Part shown: piece by piece, positions 22,539 to 31,784 of the stretch
Numbering within the stretch: position 1 is the stretch's first letter
How the letters are laid out: the number at the start of each line of letters is the position of its first letter
Origin: an uncultured Planctomycetales bacterium
GTDB taxonomy: Bacteria > Omnitrophota > Gorgyraeia > Zapsychrales > Fredricksoniimonadaceae
Direction of reading: 5' to 3'
NCBI GenBank assembly: GCA_964555945.1
Contig: CAZKUL010000001.1
Span: 1 to 57,459, forward strand
DNA: 57,459 nucleotides
Position numbers and translations under genes: made by a program
The notes under the pieces: generated by a model
Told to the model about the DNA's origin: nothing
Database searches by the model: none
Seen by the model: the letters and a program-made list of their open reading frames with translations, nothing else

Positions 22539-25500
22539 TACACCTCTCCCATATTGGGTAGGATTTTATGATTATTTGAACCTTCCTTACCATAAATCAA
22601 TAGATAGGCCATCGGTACGATAAATATAGTGAGCAAAACAGAAAGAGTAAGACCCCCAATAATTACACGGGCAAGAGACGCATAAGCTTCGCTGCCAGCA
22701 CCAAGCGCTAATGACATTGGTATTAAACCAATGATGGTTGCCAATGACGTCATCAAGACTGGACGCAACCGAACGCGGCATGCAACAGAAACGGCTTTTT
22801 TAATATCAGGTTCTCTTTCTCTTAAGCGATGAGTAAACTCTACGATCAGAATGCTGTTAGATGAGGCAATTCCCATTAACATGACTATTCCCATTAGCGA
22901 CATAACATTAAGGGTTGTATTGGTGAGAAGTAGGGTAATCGGCACACCTGCCAAACCAGGTAATATGGCCAATAATATAATAAAAGGATCAATGAAAGAT
23001 TGAAACTGCGCAACCAGCACAAGATAAACTAACAGTATTGACAACAATAGCCCAAGGCCAAAAACCTTGAGCGATGTCTGCATGGCCAAAACTGACCCGT
23101 GAAGATGAATGCGCACATCCGGGGGTAATTTTTCGTCGTGTATGATATTTTCTACTTTCGAGGCTACCCTGCTCAAATCTTCACTCTTAGGTGCCACATA
23201 GATATCAATAACCCGACGCAGTTGATAATGATCCACAACTTTCGGGGCCTCCATGTGTGTTATCTTGGCCACCATACCAAGCCTTGTCGGGTTTTTTATA
23301 TTTGTACCGCGAATAGGGATAGACGCAAGGTCATCAATGGACTTTATATTATTTTCCGGGTACTGTACGGTCAGCATATAATCAAATCCAGTTTTAGGGT
23401 CCACCCAATAACTTGGTGCGATCATTTCATTGGAAGCAAGTGCCGTAATGACATTGTCCATAACTTCCTTTTGAGTGATTCCCATCTCGTTGGCATGAAT
23501 ACGGTCAATGTCAAGTTTAAGTGAAGGGGTATTGATGTCCTGAGGGATGTAGACGTCACTGACTTCTTTAAGTCCGCGGATTTTAATGGCCAGATCTTTT
23601 GCAATATTATGGTCTTTCTCTAAATCTGTCCCTTCAATCTGCACATCTATCGGTGCTGGCAAGCCAAGATTCAATACGGCATCGACCAATCCCCCTGTTT
23701 GGAAATATGTCACAAGCTCAGGCAATTCTGTCTGAACGGCCCTGCGGACCCGCGTCATATATTCATAACTTCCAATTTTATGACCTTCTTTTAAACTCAC
23801 CTGAACATAAGCGCTGTGACTTCCAGTATTAGTGGTATAAATAGCAGACAAACCTGAAACATTACCGATGTTGGAAATAATCTGGTCAAGATCACCTTTA
23901 GAAATAATACGGCGGATAATGCCTTCGACTTCTGCCACTTCTTGAGTGGTTATCTCAACACGTGTGCCTGTCGGGGCCTTAATCATAATGACAAACTGTC
24001 CCGGGTCGGTTCGTGGAAAATAGGAAAACCCTATGAAAGAAAATAGAAAAGGACTCAAGAGAAAGGCAACAAGAAATGCCGCCAGGTTAAAACGCGGACG
24101 TGCAATGGCAACGGCTACCCAATGGTCATAAGTAAGAAGCATTCTTTCAAACTTATGATTGAACCAATGGTTGAAACGGGTGCCCCAGTTTTCCTTTGCT
24201 GGATGATATTCATGCTTGTGTAAAAACTTGGCGCAAAATAAAGGCACGACAGTCATGGCAATGACATATGAAGCAAAAAGTGAAATGACCACCGAAAGCG
24301 CCAATGCTGAAAATAAAAACTTACTGACACCGTAAAGAAAGGTAACGGGAATAAATACGATAGCCGTTGTAATGGTTGATGCCAAAACCGGCAATTCAAC
24401 CTCCTGCCCTCCTTTTTCGGCAGCCTCCTGAGGCGATTCTCCTCTCTCTAAATGGCGATAAATGTTCTCCAGAACAACCACTGAATTATCAATGACTCTT
24501 GAAAATGCGAGGGCCAGCCCTCCTAAGATCATGGCGTTGACCGAATTTCCCATCCAGGACAAAATTAAAAAGACAGCACATATAGAAAGAGGTATGGAGA
24601 AAAAAACCGCCGCTGTTGCACGTAAGTTACCCAAAAACACCAAAATCATTATTCCTGTCAGAAGAAGCCCAATGATCCCTTCATGGATCAGGTTTTCGAT
24701 AGCGTTCTTCACAAAAACAGACTGATCAAAAACTACCTTGGCAACGAGGTTTTTCGGTACATCAACCAAATTGGCAATCGCTTTTTTAACACCATCAACA
24801 ATGGCTATGGTATTGGAATCACCTCCCTGCCTTAAGACTGGCAGATAGACTGAGGGTTGGCCGTCAATACGCACCACGTTGGTCTGGATGGATGCGGCAT
24901 CCGCAGCATGACCAATATCAGCAATGGTGACCGAGGAATTACCGACCGTCTTAAGCGGAACCTGGTTTAACTCACTCATTGTATCGACTTGGCTGTTGCT
25001 AAAAATGTTGTAATTATACGGCCCGATCTTAACGTCACCTGTGGGTATAATTAAATTGGAATTATTCACTCCCCGCACCACATCCATAACACTTAGTTGG
25101 TGGGCTTCAAGCTTAAGTGGGTCTACATAAACCATGATTTGACGGTATTTTCCGCCAAAGGGCGGTGGTACCGAAGCTCCCGGGACACCCGCCACTTGAT
25201 TGCGAATGTTATATTGACCAAGATCGCGCAGTTGGGCTTCATTGAGCCCATTGGCTTTCAATGTGATAAGACAAACAGGGAGGCTGGATGCATCAAATTT
25301 TAATACGACAGGAGGCAGGGTGCCCTGGGGCAAATGACGAAGGTTGGCCATGGCCAAATTGGAGATCATGCTCACATCTGTATCAGGATCACTGCCTGGT
25401 TGGAAAAAAATTTTAATCAGACTGACACTCGGCAAGGATCGCGATTCGATATGGTCAATACCACTGGCGAGCGTAAAAAAACGCTCAAAACGACTGGTAA

Positions 25501-25681
25501 TAGACGTTTCAATATCTTGGGCTGGCATGCCGGAATAAAAGGTCGCGACCACAACCACCGGGATACGAATGGACGGGAACAAATCAACCGGCATACGCAC
25601 AAGACTCGTTATACCGAGTACGCAAGTAATCAGACAACATACAATGATGAAATAGGGATATAAAATAGAAAAACGCGGCAT
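22538..25681 (-). CDS. RND efflux permease (AcrB/CzcA superfamily)
   Basis: 1047 aa with 12-TM topology and two large periplasmic loops. N-terminus MPRFSILYPYFIIV..DLFPSI and TM4 motif VIDNSVVVLEN. Confidence 0.9.
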   Translation of the reverse strand: MPRFSILYPYFIIVCCLITCVLGITSLVRMPVDLFPSIRIPVVVVATFYSGMPAQDIETSITSRFERFFTLASGIDHIESRSLPSVSLIKIFFQPGSDPDTDVSMISNLAMANLRHLPQGTLPPVVLKFDASSLPVCLITLKANGLNEAQLRDLGQYNIRNQVAGVPGASVPPPFGGKYRQIMVYVDPLKLEAHQLSVMDVVRGVNNSNLIIPTGDVKIGPYNYNIFSNSQVDTMSELNQVPLKTVGNSSVTIADIGHAADAASIQTNVVRIDGQPSVYLPVLRQGGDSNTIAIVDGVKKAIANLVDVPKNLVAKVVFDQSVFVKNAIENLIHEGIIGLLLTGIMILVFLGNLRATAAVFFSIPLSICAVFLILSWMGNSVNAMILGGLALAFSRVIDNSVVVLENIYRHLERGESPQEAAEKGGQEVELPVLASTITTAIVFIPVTFLYGVSKFLFSALALSVVISLFASYVIAMTVVPLFCAKFLHKHEYHPAKENWGTRFNHWFNHKFERMLLTYDHWVAVAIARPRFNLAAFLVAFLLSPFLFSFIGFSYFPRTDPGQFVIMIKAPTGTRVEITTQEVAEVEGIIRRIISKGDLDQIISNIGNVSGLSAIYTTNTGSHSAYVQVSLKEGHKIGSYEYMTRVRRAVQTELPELVTYFQTGGLVDAVLNLGLPAPIDVQIEGTDLEKDHNIAKDLAIKIRGLKEVSDVYIPQDINTPSLKLDIDRIHANEMGITQKEVMDNVITALASNEMIAPSYWVDPKTGFDYMLTVQYPENNIKSIDDLASIPIRGTNIKNPTRLGMVAKITHMEAPKVVDHYQLRRVIDIYVAPKSEDLSRVASKVENIIHDEKLPPDVRIHLHGSVLAMQTSLKVFGLGLLLSILLVYLVLVAQFQSFIDPFIILLAILPGLAGVPITLLLTNTTLNVMSLMGIVMLMGIASSNSILIVEFTHRLREREPDIKKAVSVACRVRLRPVLMTSLATIIGLIPMSLALGAGSEAYASLARVIIGGLTLSVLLTIFIVPMAYLLIYGKEGSNNHKILPNMGEV

Positions 25682-25694
25682 ATGGGAAAAGATC

Positions 25695-26858
25695 CTATTC
25701 TTTCAATGTCGTAATGAGTTTAGGCATGACCTTCATCCCTATATTGACCATTTCTCGACTACCATAGACTACCTGGTCTCCTTCTTTTAAACCGCTCAGA
25801 ATTTCAATTTTATCAGCAGTTTGTAACCCGACTGTAACCGGTTGTTCTTCAATTTCATTCTTATCATTGATCTTCCAAACATTGGGATTTCCGTTTAAAG
25901 AAACCGCCTGGATCGGAAGAGTCGTCACATTCTTTTTATTTTCAAGACCCAAATTCACATAAGCATACATGCCGGGTGTAAGACGTAAATCATGATTATC
26001 AACATCCACTTCCGTTTCCATGGTGCGGGTATCAGGATCGACCATGTCTGTGGTACGTGCCACCTTACCCACAATTTTCTGCCCTGTAGCACTAATCGTT
26101 ACTTCCATTGGCATACCCACTTTAATAAAAGGGACATCAGGTTCAGGTACTGGGAAGTCAAGACGCAACTTATCATTCTCGGCAATATGTACGACAGGCA
26201 TTGTTTGCCTGTCATTACTGCCGCTTGCCTGGATCATTGCGCCTGGATCGGCATAACGCTTAGTAACAACTCCATCAAATGGCACCGTGATAGTCGAATA
26301 ATCCATAAAAGTTTTTGCCCGCTCCATGTTAGCTTTAGCTATGGCGTAAGCGGCCTGTGCATTGTCTACATCCTGCTGGGCCAATAGTCCGGGTTGTTTT
26401 TCTATGACTTGATTAAGACGGTCATAATTAAGTTTGGCATCGTTATATGCGGCAGTGGCATTATCAAAATCAGCTTTCAGTTCCTCCGTATCTATTTTGG
26501 CGATGACCTCTCCGGCCTTGACTTGGTCGCCAATATCAACAGTGAGATACTTAAGATAACCCGCCACCTTAGCATGGAGATCAATTTCTTGGTATGGTTT
26601 CAACTCACCGCTGATTGTGACAAACCGCGCTAAATCTCCGCGCGTGACTTTTGCGGTGGCAACGAATTTAGCATTATCATTTGGTCTTGCAGTGTGCAGA
26701 CCTGAGAACCACAACACCACACCAACAACAATTAATAATGAAAACAGGCCCAAAACAATCTTGGTACGTCTATCCATACCTTTCGATTCTTTCTTAATCC
26801 CTATCGGTCGTTCGTTATCCAACTCTGAATCTTTTAATAAATTATTAATGTCCCTCAT
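25695..26858 (-). CDS. RND periplasmic adaptor (membrane fusion protein, HlyD_D23-type)
   Basis: 387 aa with an N-terminal TM anchor, lipoyl/coiled-coil/beta-barrel order, and the motif ..GDQVKAGEVIAKID... An internal start at MDRRTK is possible. Confidence 0.85.
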   Translation of the reverse strand: MRDINNLLKDSELDNERPIGIKKESKGMDRRTKIVLGLFSLLIVVGVVLWFSGLHTARPNDNAKFVATAKVTRGDLARFVTISGELKPYQEIDLHAKVAGYLKYLTVDIGDQVKAGEVIAKIDTEELKADFDNATAAYNDAKLNYDRLNQVIEKQPGLLAQQDVDNAQAAYAIAKANMERAKTFMDYSTITVPFDGVVTKRYADPGAMIQASGSNDRQTMPVVHIAENDKLRLDFPVPEPDVPFIKVGMPMEVTISATGQKIVGKVARTTDMVDPDTRTMETEVDVDNHDLRLTPGMYAYVNLGLENKKNVTTLPIQAVSLNGNPNVWKINDKNEIEEQPVTVGLQTADKIEILSGLKEGDQVVYGSREMVNIGMKVMPKLITTLKE

Positions 26859-26872
26859 TTAATCTGCACCTT

Positions 26873-27262
26873 TTATCCTCCCATCATATGAACTTCTGTC
26901 ATTTTGCCTGGCTCTAAAATGGCACCAATGATTTCATTCTTATACTGACGACTCCCAAGTGGAACAATCACATATTTTCCAGGTGATAAAGTAAACGTAT
27001 TGGGAGTATTATCATTCCTAACCGATTCTATTAACTTTCCATTATCTGAAAAAATATTGTAGCGTAGGCCTCTAACCCACAAATAACCTCCATCATTAAC
27101 CTCTTCTTCTTTTGTGTAGACCTTTAAATACGCTTCTTTGGCTGGTTTTGGCACCGTCGGCCCCACTTCCTGCTTAATATCCTGCCAAGTATACCGTTGA
27201 CCAGCGCTGGCACAACTTGCCATAAGCACCCCAAGAATTAAGACTAATACTATGCGCACCAT
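26873..27262 (-). CDS. small secreted lipoprotein, paralog 1 (unknown family, beta-sandwich-like)
   Basis: 129 aa with lipobox-like LMASC. The mature part begins YTWQDIKQEVGPTVPKP and ends ..GAILEPGKMTEVHMMGG. GGGGGGA Shine-Dalgarno upstream. Confidence 0.65.
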   Translation of the reverse strand: MVRIVLVLILGVLMASCASAGQRYTWQDIKQEVGPTVPKPAKEAYLKVYTKEEEVNDGGYLWVRGLRYNIFSDNGKLIESVRNDNTPNTFTLSPGKYVIVPLGSRQYKNEIIGAILEPGKMTEVHMMGG

Positions 27263-27271
27263 GCATCCCCC

Positions 27272-27412
27272 CTAATTATGTGCCGTTGGTCCTACTACTT
27301 CGTTAACATCATTCCATGTATACGTCCGGCCACCACTTGCACAACTTGTCAAACTCATCAAACAAGCAATAACGATAAATTTTCCAAAAGTCTTAAAAAT
27401 CAAGCGGAGCAT
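27272..27412 (-). pseudogene. truncated third paralog of the small lipoprotein (46 codons)
   Basis: MLRLIFKTFGKFIVIACLMSLTSCASGGRTYTWNDVNEVVGPTAHN*. It keeps the signal peptide, the LTSC lipobox and the first ~20 mature residues of the family, then stops just before the next gene's RBS. Confidence 0.5.
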
Positions 27413-27803
27413 ACTTAGGATCTTCTCCCTTCATATGGACCTCGGTAAGTTGACCTGGTTCTAAAATTGCACCAAAGATTTCAGTCTTAGTAATATTTGT
27501 TTCTGGGACAATTACATATTTACCAGGTGGCAACGTTATTAACTTTGGATCTTCATCATTAAAAGCGATCCATCTTAATTTCTTTCCATCTGATGAATAA
27601 ATAGTGTACGGTACACGAGACACCTTTGGTATATCCCCATCGCTATAAACACGGGCTTCTGAATAGACCTTTAAATATGCTTCCGGTTTGGGCACTTTAG
27701 GCCCTACCTCTTGCTTAGTATCATGCCAGGTATAAGCATTGGCATAGCTTGCCATGCTCACCAAACAAACAATCGTGATCACTTTTCCGATGATGTAGCG
27801 CAT
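27393..27803 (-). CDS. small secreted protein, paralog 2 of 26873..27262
   Basis: Start set at MRYIIGKV (AAGGAGA Shine-Dalgarno 7 nt upstream). The mature part begins YTWHDTKQEVGPKVPKP and ends ..GAILEPGQLTEVHMKGE... The track start at 27860 is a TTG with no support. Confidence 0.65.
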   Translation of the reverse strand: MRYIIGKVITIVCLVSMASYANAYTWHDTKQEVGPKVPKPEAYLKVYSEARVYSDGDIPKVSRVPYTIYSSDGKKLRWIAFNDEDPKLITLPPGKYVIVPETNITKTEIFGAILEPGQLTEVHMKGEDPKYAPLDF

Positions 27804-27948
27804 AATATTTCTCCTTTTCATAGATGTTATCCCGTTAATAATTTCTAAATCTTCCAGCAATTAATGTGCCCACCACAATAAAAATACCCAAAATAAAAGA
27901 GAATACCTTTTCATCCATAATTTGATATCCTCTTACAAAAGGGATCTA

Positions 27949-28401
27949 TCAAACTACCGCAGGCCCACCTGAAAGGGAGCCAATTATCCCTAAAAGTACG
28001 TTTTTACCATCAGATTTATCAAAATAAGCATCCGCACCTTCAATTCTTTCTTTTTGCTCATCAATGGAAAAAACACTAGAAATAACAACTTTGACATTCT
28101 TATGAAAGGTACGTATTAATCCATAAAGCACTGATCCATCTACTTCAGCCATCTTAATATCTAGAAGGACAATATCAAATCTACTCTGTACCAATAGTTC
28201 CTTGGCTTGTGTGGCATTCGATGCTGTAAGCACTTCAAAACCATAATGCCAAAATAAACGACGATATGCGTCTCTAATATGCGCCTCATCATCAATTACT
28301 AATATCCGTTGGGCAGATATTTGATTTATCTCATCCCATAGCAAATCTTTATTTTTCTGTTGATAATATTCCGGTAATCTGCCCACATGTGTTTGATTCA
28401 T
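27949..28401 (-). CDS. stand-alone receiver (CheY-like) response regulator
   Basis: REC motifs ILVIDDE, VLLDIKMAEVDG, and a K in ..DKSDG. Start set at MNQTHVG after the AAGGGGGTGAAA Shine-Dalgarno. Confidence 0.75.
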   Translation of the reverse strand: MNQTHVGRLPEYYQQKNKDLLWDEINQISAQRILVIDDEAHIRDAYRRLFWHYGFEVLTASNATQAKELLVQSRFDIVLLDIKMAEVDGSVLYGLIRTFHKNVKVVISSVFSIDEQKERIEGADAYFDKSDGKNVLLGIIGSLSGGPAVV

Positions 28402-28433
28402 TTTCACCCCCTTGGCTCGATCCATCTGAACAA

Positions 28434-28490
28434 AGTATACCCAGTGACGTATTAAAGGGACGTTAGAATAGAATAAGAATTTTATTATTA
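28434..28490 (-). promoter_or_regulatory. activator-type promoter cassette, copy R1
   Basis: Minus strand reads AATAATAAAATTCTTATTCTATTCTAACGTCCC-N17-TGGG-TATACT, homologous to the two cassettes at 31614-31742. The -10-like TATACT is at 28434-28439. Confidence 0.5.
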
Positions 28491-28551
28491 TTTATTTTTA
28501 AGACAAGCTTTTGATGGGAGCTTCAATGCGGAATGGTAATGGGAATAAAAT

Positions 28552-29298
28552 TTATCCACCCATACCAAGAGACTCCATTAAACGTTGAACGAACCTTGGA
28601 TTTACATCTACTCCTAGTTCATCCGCTTTGTGTACATCTGCCCAAGCTTTGTTGTAATGACTTAAATGATAATAAACAACTGCTCGGTTACTGTAGGCGT
28701 TGCCATATTTAGGGTCTATTGCAATGGCCCTGTCTAAATCAGCCATAGCTTGTGTGAAATCGTTTTGCTTAGCATACGCAATACCACGGTTAACATAGGC
28801 TGTTACATGATTAGGGTCTAATTCAATGGCTTTGTTTAAATCGGCAAGAGCTTGAGTAAAATTATGTTCTTTAGAGTAATCAAAACCACGATTGTTATAT
28901 GCATCCGGATCGTTAGGACTTAATTGAATGGCTTTATTATAATCAAGAATGGCTTTGTCCAACATCTCCTGCGCGTCGAAAGCATTACCACGGTTGTTAT
29001 AGGTAAGCGCATCGTTAGGTTTTATTTCAATAGCCTTTGTGTAGTCAGAAATGGCTTGATCATAATTCCCTTGGGCGTAGTAGGCCAAGCCGCGATTATA
29101 ATAAACATTGGGAAAGTCAGGATCTATTTCAATAGCTTTAGTAAAATCAGTTATAGCTTGAGTAATATTTCCTTGTTTTGCATCGGTCAGACCTTGATTA
29201 AAATACTCTTCTGTCGTTAACGCATAACAATTTAAAGTAAGTATCCAATTTCCGATTAAAATCAAAAATGCTATTGAAATAATTTTAATTTTTCTCAT
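28552..29298 (-). CDS. secreted tetratricopeptide-repeat protein
   Basis: Signal peptide followed by about six consecutive 34-aa TPR units (..A..Y.KAIE.DP....AY.NRG...). Confidence 0.85.
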   Translation of the reverse strand: MRKIKIISIAFLILIGNWILTLNCYALTTEEYFNQGLTDAKQGNITQAITDFTKAIEIDPDFPNVYYNRGLAYYAQGNYDQAISDYTKAIEIKPNDALTYNNRGNAFDAQEMLDKAILDYNKAIQLSPNDPDAYNNRGFDYSKEHNFTQALADLNKAIELDPNHVTAYVNRGIAYAKQNDFTQAMADLDRAIAIDPKYGNAYSNRAVVYYHLSHYNKAWADVHKADELGVDVNPRFVQRLMESLGMGG

Positions 29299-29316
29299 AA
29301 ATTTTTCTCCGATTCT

Positions 29317-29988
29317 TTATTCATCTTTAAATATATAACCAACTCCCCGCATAGAATGGATCAGTTGTTTCGTGTGGCCATAATCAATTTTCTTTTTGAG
29401 ATAATTGACGTAAACATTAATAACATTAGAAAACGCTTCGAAATCACCGTCCCAAACGTGTTCAGAAATCATAGTCCGGGTTATTACCTCCCCAACATTA
29501 CTCATAAAATATTCTAATAATGAGTATTCCTTGGGAGTAAGTTCAATCTCTTTGCCTGCACGATAAGCTTTACGCGTTAATTGATTAAGTTCCAAATCAG
29601 CAATTCTAAGTTGAGGTGTTTTTTCAGTATTTTTACGCCTAAGCAGAGCACGCACGCGGGCCAAAAATTCAGGATACGAAAATGGTTTGGTAATATAATC
29701 ATCCGCTCCCGAATCCAGTCCTGTAATCTTATCTTCTTCCTCATCCCGGGCTGTTAGCATAAGAATGGGCACATCGTTTTGCTTCTTTCTTAAATTCCGG
29801 CAAATAGAAATTCCATCCTTACCAGGAAGCATGATATCAAGAATGATCAGATCATAAGGATTCGACTCAGCTATAAATATTACTTCGTCGCCATTATCAG
29901 CAACGTCAACGGCATAATTGGACTCTTTCAGACTTCTTTTAATGATAGCTGATAGCTTTCTTTCGTCTTCAACAAGCAGTATTCGCAT
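29317..29988 (-). CDS. OmpR/PhoB-family response regulator, heavy-metal (CusR/CzcR)-like, orphan paralog
   Basis: 223 aa; REC plus winged helix. LTARDEEEDKITGLDSGADDYITKPFSYPEFLARVRALLRR. Collinear and highly similar over its full length to 33278..33949. Confidence 0.85.
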   Translation of the reverse strand: MRILLVEDERKLSAIIKRSLKESNYAVDVADNGDEVIFIAESNPYDLIILDIMLPGKDGISICRNLRKKQNDVPILMLTARDEEEDKITGLDSGADDYITKPFSYPEFLARVRALLRRKNTEKTPQLRIADLELNQLTRKAYRAGKEIELTPKEYSLLEYFMSNVGEVITRTMISEHVWDGDFEAFSNVINVYVNYLKKKIDYGHTKQLIHSMRGVGYIFKDE

Positions 29989-30010
29989 AATTTATTTCAT
30001 AATTCTTTAA

Positions 30011-30061
30011 AGGGTGCTATCAAATGTAGGAAGCTATATAATTCAAGTTTGATAGCACCCT
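30011..30061 (-). terminator. 14-bp perfect inverted repeat with 23-nt loop downstream of the porin gene
   Basis: AGGGTGCTATCAAA (30011-30024) pairs with TTTGATAGCACCCT (30048-30061). On the minus strand it is followed by TTTAAAG. The loop is unusually large for a terminator. Confidence 0.45.
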
Positions 30062-30093
30062 AATTGATCCAACATCTGCATTATTCATGCTCA

Positions 30094-31578
30094 TTAAAAT
30101 TTCATATTCATGTCTACTTGAAAGAGATATTCTCGAGCCTTGGCATTCGTTATCTGAGAATTTCCCCCATATTCACCCAAGGCGTTGTTAACAAAGGGCT
30201 TATACATATGAAAACTAAAAAAGTTAAAATCCATCCAAACATTTTTAGCTAAACCAAGATCAAGTTCGGTACGGACACCTGCAACGTTAGTGTCGCCTGT
30301 GTATTGATCAAAGTCAGGAAAGATGTCCATCTCCGCGTCTTTTTCAAGAACTCTGTAATCCGCACTAGCTTGCCAAGTTCCCCAACCATTAAGAGCAGGG
30401 TTCCCTATATATCCACCCATTTCCCATCCTTTATTTTGATCAGAAGGTATGTGTGAATCTGGGTTTTGTATATATTCTCCACGTACACCTATTTGAGGAA
30501 TATAAATGAAGGAAGGTAACATCTCTCCGAAGGGATCATTTAATCCAAAATCTGCTGCTGCTACAAGAGCGTTATAGCTATATGCATAGCAGTTTGTAAT
30601 ACTATTTAACGTTGTACCGTAGCCAGGAGCGCATTTAGCCGAGGTAGCACTTGAACCAGTTTGAACTAATGTTGTATTAGTCAAATCACTGGATCTTTGC
30701 CCTCCAATTTGATGTTTTGGATTGCTAATGTCTTGCCATGTCCCTGCCACTTTGTAATAGGCTTTATCCGTTAAATTACCTTTAAGACCTACCTGGTTGT
30801 CATACATCCAAGTGTCCAAAACAGAATGGCCTGTATCATCTAGGACAAAAACAGTATCTGTTGTAAAAGCTGTAATATAATCATTGAGTTTCTTCTCATA
30901 CTGAACAGAACCACCTTCAGGAGTAATATTTGGGTCCCAAAGGAATTTCTCTCCTGAAACAGATGATGGTTCCCAAATTGGATTGTCCAGCTTACCAACA
31001 GCTATTCTCCAATCCGCATTAGGTTTGTATTCTCCATAGGCCTTATTAACAACAATAAAATCTTTAGCAAAATTACCTGTAGGCTGACTTGTTGTATTAG
31101 CTCCATTACCGCCAAATGAATAATTGTTAGAACGACTAAAATTATACATTTGTACACCGCTTCCATTATTACCACCGGTACCATCTGTACCAACCCCAAA
31201 AATAAACTTAATCTTATCGTTTACCTGATCTTCAATGTTTAAGCGGGCACGAACGCGTCCACGGTCATGATCCCAATTACCTACATTGGTACCACTAAAA
31301 TTATGAACATCTCTCAACTGTTGTTGATAACGTAAACGCATATCTCCAGTAAGTTTGATCCCACTAACCCAATCAGGGAGCATGCTTTTAAATGTTTTTT
31401 GCTCGGAGTCTTGTTCTTTGGTAGAAGCCTTATCTTTAAGTTGTGAAGCTTCTTGATGATTCAAAATGCCTTTGTCTTCCAATTTTTGAATTAATTCATC
31501 AACGGAACTATCGGCGAAACTAAATCCCTGCCAGGCGAATAAAATCACAATCATTAACGGTAAGACATTTCTTTTCAT
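30094..31578 (-). CDS. outer-membrane porin-like beta-barrel with N-terminal helical region
   Basis: 494 aa with a signal peptide, the N-terminal motif DELIQKLEDKGILNHQEASQLKD, Gly/Asn/Tyr-rich alternating strands and a C-terminal ..NMKF. Confidence 0.65.
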   Translation of the reverse strand: MKRNVLPLMIVILFAWQGFSFADSSVDELIQKLEDKGILNHQEASQLKDKASTKEQDSEQKTFKSMLPDWVSGIKLTGDMRLRYQQQLRDVHNFSGTNVGNWDHDRGRVRARLNIEDQVNDKIKFIFGVGTDGTGGNNGSGVQMYNFSRSNNYSFGGNGANTTSQPTGNFAKDFIVVNKAYGEYKPNADWRIAVGKLDNPIWEPSSVSGEKFLWDPNITPEGGSVQYEKKLNDYITAFTTDTVFVLDDTGHSVLDTWMYDNQVGLKGNLTDKAYYKVAGTWQDISNPKHQIGGQRSSDLTNTTLVQTGSSATSAKCAPGYGTTLNSITNCYAYSYNALVAAADFGLNDPFGEMLPSFIYIPQIGVRGEYIQNPDSHIPSDQNKGWEMGGYIGNPALNGWGTWQASADYRVLEKDAEMDIFPDFDQYTGDTNVAGVRTELDLGLAKNVWMDFNFFSFHMYKPFVNNALGEYGGNSQITNAKAREYLFQVDMNMKF

Positions 31579-31613
31579 GACTCCTCCTATGTTTTAGTTT
31601 TGGATTGTTGCGT

Positions 31614-31661
31614 CATTTTTACCAAAACAAACATAAGAGGAACGTTAAAATAAAATAAGAG
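31614..31661 (-). promoter_or_regulatory. activator-type promoter cassette, proximal tandem copy
   Basis: Plus-strand unit taccaaaacaaacataagaggaacgttaaaataaaataagag. On the minus strand it ends ..TTTTGG-TAAAAA (extended -10-like), about 35 nt upstream of ATG 31578. Confidence 0.5.
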
Positions 31662-31694
31662 TTCTCTTATTCGTATAGAACCCCCATTATTGTC

Positions 31695-31742
31695 AAATGA
31701 TACCAAAACGTAGATAAGAGGAACGTTAAAATAAAATAAGAA
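31695..31742 (-). promoter_or_regulatory. activator-type promoter cassette, distal tandem copy (81-nt period)
   Basis: taccaaaacgtagataagaggaacgttaaaataaaataagaa matches the proximal unit at 38 of 42 positions. On the minus strand it ends ..TTTTGG-TATCAT. Confidence 0.5.
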
Positions 31743-31784
31743 TTTTATTATTTTTCTGTTAAGAAATGATTAAGATTGTGCGGA

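Noticed and set aside
27804-27860. Extended start (TTG at 27860, or ATG at 27821) for the small secreted protein.
   Set aside because: Neither has an RBS. The ATG at 27803 has an AAGGAGA 7 nt upstream and gives a normal signal peptide.
31691-31696. The perfect TTGACA hexamer (minus strand) between the two tandem cassettes as a -35 element.
   Set aside because: No acceptable -10 hexamer lies 16-18 nt downstream. The nearest candidates are CGAATA at 17 nt and TATACG at 13 nt.
28434-31742. The repeated ~40-nt cassettes as a CRISPR array or a mobile-element terminal repeat.
   Set aside because: There are only three copies. Two are 81 nt apart and one is 3 kb away. There is no regular repeat-spacer structure, no cas or transposase genes, and each copy sits at promoter distance from a start codon.
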